NCBI GenBank assembly: GCA_013416795.1
Contig: RQSC01000024.1
Span: forward strand, 113,258-177,257
Length of the DNA stretch: 64,000 nucleotides
Origin: Prasinococcaceae sp. CCMP 1430
Lineage: Eukaryota > Plantae > Prasinodermophyta
Reading direction: 5' to 3'
The stretch's first letter is position 1. The number at the start of each line of letters is the position of its first letter. Positions 55,532-64,000 of this stretch are shown here, piece after piece. The notes beneath the pieces were generated by a model that made no database searches, was not told where the DNA came from, and worked only from the letters and a program-made list of their open reading frames with translations. Made by a program: the position numbers and the translations under genes.

Positions 55532-57701
55532 TCACTCATCGATTGGCAGCATTTCCTGGAACGAGGGCTTGTTCGAAGAGAGGAAGATGTACGCTGCGGT
55601 GTGGTAGAAAATTGAGAGCTTGGTTTGCACGAGGGAGGACCGACCCAGGCTCGTGTCACGGAAGCCGAACCGCACGAGCACGTCCTCGCCCGTCGCCAGG
55701 TCGGCGGGGCCCTCAGTCTCGAATGCGAGCCCTTCGAACTCGTTGATGCAGAGCGCCTCGTGGCAGTGCCGCACGAGCGAGACGGCGGGCAGCCACTTGA
55801 ACGCGAGCGGCACATTGTCCGCCTTGATGTATAGGCCACCAAACACAATGTTGATAAGCATCACTGCCGGGGCGAGGGCATTCCCCACCTCCGGAGAGGG
55901 CGCTATGGCCCCTACCGCCAGGCCGAGTGCCGAGGCCGTCACGCTCTCTAGTGTTGACACCACCGCGAATTTGACGAATCGGAGCGGACGCCCGTGCAGG
56001 CCGCTGCACGGGTAAACCACCGAGCTGAAGATGAACGGAAACAGGGCCGACATGGGCACCTCAGCCAGCAACTTAGCGACAAAGTACGGCCCCACCTCGT
56101 ACGAACGCGCGACTCGCTCCCGGCTGACGACTGCCCGCTCGCGTGTGAAAGCCGTGACTGTCTTGGTGATGCTCGCCATCGCTGTGTTAATCGCGCACAC
56201 CTGCAGTAGGCCCATGCGGTCTTGAATCCGGCTCTGCGCGTTGCCCATGCGCCAGTAGATCATGCCAAAGACGATTGCCGAATTGAGTAGCGTGGCCACA
56301 CGCACGCGGATGGTTGCCTTGTCACGCGTCACTTGCCGCAGGCTGCGCGCGAAAAGGCAGCGAAACTGCGTCCATGGGCCAGCGCGTGCCATCCGCGCAC
56401 CAAACGCGCGCGAGGCCTCGCGCGCGGCCGCACCCTTCTTGGCGGCACCCAGCGGCGACGCTGCCTGCGCCGCCGCATTCACGAGCGCACGTACGCGCGC
56501 CTGCGATGCGCGCTCCACGTCGGCGTCTGACACGTCGATGGATATGGCGTCCACAACCCATTCGGCGGGGTTGAGCGGCGCTCCCAGAAAGGAGCTGTCG
56601 CCGACGTCGGCATCGAGGTGCCGCCTGAGCGTCTTCACTGCTGCTTCGGCAGGCCCGCTATAGGCGACACCCAGCGCGCTGACGAGTGTCAGGTCGTCGA
56701 GCTGCGCGAAGATGGATGCCCTCGGCTGATGGATAGTCACAAGTACCGTGACGCCGCTGCTCGCGAGCTCCTTGAGAACGCCCATGACTTTGTCCGCCTG
56801 GAACGCGTCCAGGCCCGTCGTGGGTTCGTCCGCAAAAATGACGGAAGGGTCGGATAGCAGCTCGCACGCTATGGCGACGCGCTTGCGCTCGCCTCCAGAC
56901 ACGCCTCCGCTCTTGAGGCCATCACCCATCGGCGAGTCGAGGCACGCGCGCAGTCCCATGCGCGAGACCACGTTGTCAACGCGCCCCTGCCGCTCGGTCT
57001 CGCTCATAGCGCGCGGCAGTCTCAGGCGCGCGGCCATCGCAAGCGTCTCCCGTACGGAGAGCTGGGAGTAAAAGACATCTTTCTGCTGCACGTACGCAAT
57101 GCGGGGGCGGTGCTCGCGCACGTCGACTCCGTTGGCGAGCACGCGCCCGCGGAGCACCACGCGCTTCGACGCGGGGACCTGGCCGGCTATGGCGTTCATC
57201 AGAGTGCTCTTGCCGGCTGTGTTTCGGTCGTGGAGCAGCAGCGTCGAGGGGGAGTCAGCCGCGTCCATGCAGGGTGGGCGGCGGAGCTGCCAGCCGCGCG
57301 CGGGCGGCGTGTCACGGATGTGCGCGCCCATCCGTGCGCATGGGTGCGACGCACACGCGCGCGCAGGGACACGCACCGCCGGACGGCCCCATGATCGCGT
57401 GCAGGCGGCCGGGCGCGGCCACGCCGCGCGCCCCACCGAGCACCGTGCGCGTCTCTTCTGGCTCCCCCTTGCGCTTGATGGTGATCACTGCACTGATCCC
57501 CTCCCACTCGAGGGTGACCGGCACGTGTGCGGAGAGCGTCTCCGCGCCATCCCCACCACCACTGCTGCCGCGCGCCCTGCCTGCCACTGCCCTTGCAACG
57601 CCCACGACCGCGGCCGCCGCGCATCCCGCCGCCTGCACGGGCGGCGGCGCGGCAAGCGCCGCCGCGCTCACCGCGAGCTTCAGCAGCGCGCCCGCGCCCA
57701 T
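55532..57701 (-). CDS. ABCG (White-type) half transporter; intron 57376-57217
   Basis: Spliced Walker A GPSGAGKST, signature VSGGERKR, Walker B ADEPTTGLD, C-terminal ABC2 membrane domain. Confidence 0.93.
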
Positions 57702-57841
57702 CGCCGCCTCGCCCTCTACGGTGCCCCTCACTCGCCCGCGCTGCGCCCCCGGCGGCGCCGCGCAGACCGCGCGAGGGGTGGCATGCTGCGCGAGCGCACG
57801 CGGCGGCGGCACTGCGGAGAACTCCAGAGAGAGCGGTTTCA

Positions 57842-57863
57842 CTTTAGGGTTTAGATAGGGTTT
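57842..57863 (+). repeat. Telomere-like pair TTTAGGGTTTAGATAGGGTTTA upstream of the ABCG gene
   Basis: Seen directly. Confidence 0.55.
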
Positions 57864-58209
57864 ATGAAAAGGTGTTGCGGCATCGGAGAATGTCTTTCTG
57901 TGTGGCGCGTCAAGACTCAAGACAGAGTCAAACGCTGCGGAGCGGAGGGCATCGCAGAAGGTCCGTCCTGCCCGAACCTCGCTTTTTCATATATCTTATG
58001 GCGCGGCATCATCGCCGCAGCTGCCTCTCGCAGGTCTCACTCTAGAGTGGCACTACAAACTACACTTGCAGCGCTCACCGGCGGCTAGCTAGATATTTGA
58101 CCGACTGCTGATGTCGTTTAAGACCCGCCCTCCCACATTGCTGTCGCTGTGATCGCGCGCCCGCGATGGGGGCTGCCTTGCCCATCGGACCTCGGATTTG
58201 AGATCCAGC

Positions 58210-59527
58210 TCACATTGCTTCAGGGAGGGTCTGCAGCGCGGCCTTGTAGGACCGCGGCCTGCCGAGCGGGTCATTGCCAGCCGTCTCGCGGCTAGCTCGA
58301 AGCATCGCCAAGAACTCGTCGTAGTCGATCGAGCCGCTGTTATCCGTGTCAGCTTCCTTGAGCATAGTCTGCAGCTCCTCAGCAGAGGCGGCCTCTCCCG
58401 CCTTCTCCAGCGCCTTTTGAATCTCATCTGGAGTAATGTGCCCGTCCCCATTGCTGTCGAACTCCATAAATGCCGCCTTGATGCCGGCCTCATGCTCGAG
58501 TTTGCGCACGGCGACCGTGGATGCAAGCCATTCCTCGTAGTCGATGCTCCCCGAATTGTCGATATCCATGGCTTGCAGCGCCTCAACCAGCCCGTCGCCC
58601 TGCGCGCCCAACATCGATTTCTTCGCGCGGAGTCCAAGCTGGAGCTCCTCGAAGCTGATCTGGCCGTCGCCGTTCGCATCAAGCTCCTGAAAGGTCTTCC
58701 GCAGCGCATCCTACATACGTGACCGCAGTCACCGCACCCGCCGCGAACGCATGGCAACTTCGGGCGTCAGTCTCGCGTGCTTGCTCTTTGATGCATGCAG
58801 CAGTCGCGCAAAACGCACGGCGGCCATGTTCTGCACTATGCGCGGCGCACCGCGATGTTCGCACCTGCTCTTCGGCCGACATGCCCTTTCCGATGGCAAG
58901 GAGGGCTACCTTCTTCAGCTTGTTCATCTTGCTGAACTGCGTGATCTTGCCCACGACCTCGTCGGTGAGCTCGGTGTCCCTAGCCTTCTCACCAGTGATC
59001 CACTTGTGCGCCAGCATGTCGGCGGCGGAGGGCCTCTTGGCCGGATCGCGCGTGCACATCTTGATGATCGCATCCTTGGCCTCCTTGGAGATGTGCGACC
59101 ACGGGCGGCCCTGGAACTTCTTCTTTCGGAAGCCCGCGTCCGTGCCGCGGTGGATGGCCTGGAAGATGTCGCGATCCGAACGCCCGTTGAAGGGCGGCTC
59201 CCCGCAGAGTAGAATGTACGTAATGACGCCGACGCTCCACACGTCTGACTTGGGCTCACCCTTGCCAACCAGTACCTCCGGCGCGACGTAGTACGCAGTG
59301 CCGCACACGTCGGGGAAGGTCTCACCAGGCTGGAAGAATTGAGAGAGTCCGAAGTCAGTGAGCTTGAGCTCGGCGTCCTCGGCCTCTGAGAGAAAGAGAA
59401 AATTCTCTGGCTTCAGATCGCGATGTGCAACGCCGCGTGCGTGCATGCGTTCAATGGCACCCAGCATCGCGCGCGAGAGCATCGCTGCATCCGCCTGGAA
59501 GAGGTCACCACGGACACACGGGACAGA

Positions 59528-59574
<47 letters not shown>

Positions 59575-60384
59575 CGTCAGTGTTGCTCGCGCCTCGGTGG
59601 CGCCTCGGCAAGGAGATGTGATGGCCCCGATCGCGTCTACACATCACAAAATAATGGCATTGCGCGTCTCGCACACGCCACACTGATAGGCGACACGCTG
59701 CCGCACGTGCCTCGGTATAGTGGTGACGTGCGATGATTCTGTCGAAGAGCTCTCCGCCTTTGCAAACCTCCATCACCAGCGCAAACTCGACGTTGTCCTC
59801 GTAATCCCCCTTGAGCTCAACGATCCCCTTCTCACCCTTGAGGTGCTTCTGCACCTTGACCTCCTCGCGAACCTATCACACGACAAATCGTTCGAGCGCA
59901 TCAATGGCGGTGGCCGCGCGATGTCCGCGATGGAGCAAAATGGCAGAATCAGTACGGGCAGCGCGTAAAGGTTATCTTGTCGACGCCCGTTGCTGTCATT
60001 GACAGCACGCATGTATCGACGCGGCTTTGCACATGTGCGCCACGCGCGCGCGCACGCGAGCGCGTGTGGAGGACGCGAGGACAGAGGCTGGCTAAGGGGT
60101 GGCAGGGACACAGGCACCGCCCGCCTTGCGCGCACCTGTTCGACGTCATGCGCGTTCCGCAGCTTGCGCTTGTCGACCTTCTTGATGGCCACGTCCTCGC
60201 CGGTGGCCCTGCTTTTGGCCGCGTACGTCACGCCGAAGGCGCCCTCCCCGAGCTTGCTGCCCTGCACGTAGTCATCCTTCACCGAGGGTCCACCGCCGCC
60301 CGCCGCGGCGCCGCCCTTCTTCCCGCTGCTAGCCGCGCGCGCGGCGCCCCCACCACCCGAGTCCGCGGAGAAGCACGTGCCCAT
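58210..60384 (-). CDS. Calcium-dependent protein kinase (CDPK), multi-exon
   Basis: MGTC N-terminus (myristoylation-like), LGEGAFG, HRDLKPENF, a TDFGLS activation loop, junction MNKLKKVAL, and four EF hands. Confidence 0.95.
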
Positions 60385-61033
60385 GGCGTCGGCGGGCGCT
60401 TTGGCGTTTGACTCGCGGGCACCACCGGCGTCCGCGTCGTTGCCGCGCACCGCCGCGTGCGCCGTGTGCCGTGGGCGCACCCGCGCGACAACAGCAGCGG
60501 CGGCGATGCGCCCCTGCGCCAAAAAAATCCGACCGACAACGATTCGCGCTCGGATTTGCGCCCGCGGATAGGATCGCATACAAACAAAGGATCGACACGC
60601 GAAAATGATTCAAAATGAGAATGCCGGTGGAAGAAGGGTCCGAAATTCAAACTCAATCTGGATATCAATAGTCACACTCTACGACTGTATCAATGTCAAT
60701 GCGACGGCGGGGAGGGCGTGCACGTGCAGACGCTGCGTGGCGCGGCCGCGCAAGCCGTGGGCTGCGGTCTGACGCGGGTGTTGAGGGTCTCGGAGCTCCG
60801 CTTGCCGTCGGACCACGCACCCGCGCGCCGTCACGGGTCCGAATGGGCGCGAGGAGGGCGGAGCGAGCCCGCGAGCGGGCGCGGCGGAGGCGCGCTCGCC
60901 GAAGACCACGGCATGGTGTGTGGGTCGGCGATGTGACGCGCATGTCGCATGGTCGAGCGACATCGGCTCGACGAACACAACAAATGCGCCCCGTCAAATA
61001 ATTACGAGCTCGCGGCTCGCGGCTCGTGCATGG

Positions 61034-63069
61034 CTATGCGCCTCCTCGCGCCTCGCGCTGTTTCTTGAGGTTCTTCTTGAATTTCTTGCGCAGCATGCGC
61101 TTGCGGCTGAACGCGCCCTCGATGGGTAGGCCCTGATCGATGAGCTGCCTGAGCGCACCCGTGATGAGGTCGTCAGCCTCGCCATGCAGGCTGACCACCT
61201 TGCCATCGGCTCCCGCGCGGCCCGTGCGCCCGGCGCGGTGCAAGAAGTCTTCGGCAGTGCTTGCCATCTCCGCTTGCACCACCATGCCCACGCGCCCAAA
61301 GTCCACCCCGCGTGCCACTGAGCTGGTGCAAACCAGCACTGGCAGCTCGCCTTCGACCGTCGTGAGCGGCTCCTCAGCGCTCGCTCCGTCCAGCTCCTCA
61401 TCAGTGCGGCTCGTGCGCGCGAGGTATGCATCGAGGAGTTGCGCGCGGCGAGCGGCGGGGACGTCTTTGTGGTACGCGGCGGCGGCCACGCCGCGCGCGT
61501 TCAGGGCCGCAGCGGCGCCCTCTGCCGAGCGCACCGTCTTGCAAAACACCAGAACGTGCTCGCCCGATTCCACGCCCTGCGTCACGTACTTCATAAGCTC
61601 AGCCATGCGCGTGTCATCACTGACGCGCACCCACTCGAAATCCACGCCTGGGAGTTGCCTATGCGCGTACTGCCCCGTGAGCCACACCGTGTTTGGAAAA
61701 GCCTTCATGAGAATGCCCCCGGGCGCCTTGTCGGACATCGCTGGCATGGTGGCGGCCGCGAACACGTGCTGCCGCGAGATGGCACCGCGCACCAGATGAT
61801 GACGCCACTGGCGGCGCGAGAGCGATTCGAGGTCGCGCGCGCGAAGTTGAACACTGCCTCCGCTCCGGCCCTCGCTCGCACCCCCGCCCTCGCCCATGTC
61901 CTCGCTGCCGCGCAGCGCGATTTCCGCGAGGAATTCCTCGCGCGCAACATCCTCGCTGTCGCCACCCGCACGCGCCGTCACTGCAGCCACTTCCTCCGCA
62001 CCCTCAACCTCGCCGCCGTCGCCCGACGCGCCAGCCGCGGCCATCTCGCGCTCGTATCGAATGCGCCCCTCAGCCTCGACAGCCTCGCGGAGCGCGGGCT
62101 CGAAGGACTGTGCCCACAACACGCGCTGCGAGGCCTCACGAAGCGAAACGAAGAGGGCAGTGACATCGCGCAGGTAGCCACCAGAGAGCAGCGCGTCCGC
62201 CTCGTCGGCCACCACGCACTGCATCGAGTGCAGCGCGGAGTCCAGCGAGCGGTAGTCGGCGCAATCGCGCAGGTACGCGCGTGCAGCACCTGGGGTGCCC
62301 ACCACAAACTACGGGGGCACCGCGGTTGGGTGAGCGCATTGGCGAGCATGCGATGGCGCGCGCGTGTGCGCGCGCGTGCGAGCACATGCGCGAGCGTGTC
62401 AGCGCAAGGCGCGCGCCCTCGCGCTCAAGCTCCCTCACCGCACGCTGCGTAACGCCTCATGCCACAGCTGCGCCGACGCACCTCTGGCAGCTCCTCCGGC
62501 GCTGCGAACGTGCCGCGCGCACACAGGTCGTGCGCGCGCGCGAGCGGCTCGCCATCCTCCCCACGCACATTCCCCACCACCGCGCATGCCTGAGCGGAGA
62601 GCGCGGCGTTGGGCACGAGCACGAGCGTCCGGAGCTGGCCCACGCTGGCACCATTCGCGTCCGCGTCGACGTCCGCGGCGGCGGCGCGGGCGGCCAGTAT
62701 CGCATCCAGCGCAGGTGCGACGTACGCCAAGGTCTTGCCCGAACCAGTCTCCGCCACGAGCACTGCGTCGCCGCCAGAGCGAACGGGCTCGATCGCCAGC
62801 GCCTGTGTGACCGACGGCCGCTCGAAGCCCGCGCCGCGCAGCGCCGTGGCGAGCGCCGCGCTGCGCACGCCTGCGGCGGACCAGTCGCGCTCGCTCAGAA
62901 ACGCGCCGCCCGAGACCGCGGGGTCGAGCGCGCTCGCATTGGCGACCACGCGCGCGACGCGCTCACCGTGCGTGCGGAGCTTGGGCGGTGCTGCCTGCCG
63001 CCGCAGGGCCCACATGCGTGGTGGCGCTCCGCCGCCGCGCGCGGGCGCGAACCGCTCCCCGCCACCGCC
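61034..63069 (-). CDS. DEAD-box RNA helicase, RH22-like (probably plastid); start at 63015 or inside the gap; one intron near 62300-62480
   Basis: AETGSGKT, ADEADALL, AATM, ARGVDF, HRAGRTGRAG. Confidence 0.88.
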
Positions 63070-63481
63070 GNNNNNNNNNNNNNNNNNNNNNNNNNNNNNN
63101 NNNNNNNNNNNNNNNNNNNNNNNNNNNNNNNNNNNNNNNNNNNNNNNNNNNNNNNNNNNNNNNNNNNNNNNNNNNNNNNNNNNNNNNNNNNNNNNNNNNN
63201 NNNNNNNNNNNNNNNNNNNNNNNNNNNNNNNNNNNNNNNNNNNNNNNNNNNNNNNNNNNNNNNNNNNNNNNNNNNNNNNNNNNNNNNNNNNNNNNNNNGG
63301 AGGCGGAGGCGGAGGCGGAGACAAGTCCGGTGGCGCGAGGTGGTGGTGCGGGCGGGCGCAGGGGCGACGGGGGGGGGAGGCAGGCCTGGCCGGCGAGCGC
63401 CACACGTCGCGCGGGGCGGCCCCTCCTCGCCTCCCCGGCTGCGGCGCGCGCGCGCGCCGCGCGCACGCGTGGGGGGCTGAC

Positions 63482-64000
63482 ATGTCGCGCCGCCGCGTAC
63501 ACTTTGCGGACGACCTCGAGGGCGAGGAGGAGGAGGACGACGCGTACGCGCTGCTCGACGACGGCGACGACGGCGACGAGGGCGGCAGCGCCGAGGCAGG
63601 CGCGGGCGATGCGGACGACCAGGACGACGGTGCGCGAATGCGCGTGCGGGAACGGCGCGCGTAGAGCGCGCAGCAGCGCTCCTCGACCGTCCGTCACAAC
63701 CCACCCACCTCCCGCCGCAGCCATGGGCGCGCGCGCGCCATCTCACCACAACGCCCCCCTGGACTGCAGCGCTGACATGCGCACCGTCGGACTCTCGGCG
63801 ACCGCTGTCTGTTCGCGATGACCGCGCCTCAAGATGATTACGAGTACGTCGAGGCCGACGATGGCGAGCTTGGCGGAGTGGGTAGCCACGGCGCGCAGCA
63901 GGAGAGCGACGACGACGACGACGACGATGACGACGATGACGATGATGAAGAGGAGGAGGAGGAGGAGGAGGAGGAGGAGGAGGAGGAGGAGGAGGAAGAC
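63482..64000 (+). CDS. 5' part of an acidic protein with RVHF motif; introns present, runs off the window
   Basis: MSRRRVHFADDLEGEEEEDD, followed by splice-like sites and (GAC)n/(GAG)n acidic tracts. Confidence 0.5.

Noticed and set aside
63298-63483. Minus-strand ATG at 63483 as helicase start, overlapping the plus-strand ATG at 63482
   Set aside because: The link crosses a gap, so frame is unverifiable; a shared CATG is common by chance.

Overview
Gene-dense, very GC-rich eukaryotic scaffold with GT-AG spliceosomal introns (GTGCGY donors, GCTGAC branch points) and four long N gaps. CDPK, plastid-type membrane proteins and an RH22-like helicase suggest a green alga, possibly prasinophyte-grade (inference). 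About 28 genes or gene fragments are recognisable. Most are housekeeping: an ODA-docking-complex-like protein, a PAXX-like protein, IBA57, prohibitin, alpha-tubulin, MMAB, an HPAT/SGT1-family glycosyltransferase, AlaX, TRAPPC11, a choline-monooxygenase-like Rieske protein, an MFS transporter, a 2-hydroxyacid dehydrogenase, a USP protein, DcpS, an ABCG transporter, CDPK and a DEAD-box helicase. The most unusual stretch is 36-53 kb. It holds a spliced NLR-like gene with the architecture GGCT enzyme - NB-ARC - TPR - CysRS-anticodon-binding-like tail, with a perfect 40-bp hairpin plus T17 just upstream. It also holds a PKD2-like channel with a somatomedin-B insert, an island with a hypervariable ankyrin array flanked by direct repeats and clustered 3' ends of an RLE-type non-LTR retroelement, and a large secreted receptor-L-domain-like protein. 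A 15-bp palindrome (TACCATC-N-GATGGTA) occurs three times in intergenic DNA, and telomere-like boxes recur upstream of genes. All domain calls come from motif recognition by eye; no database search was run.
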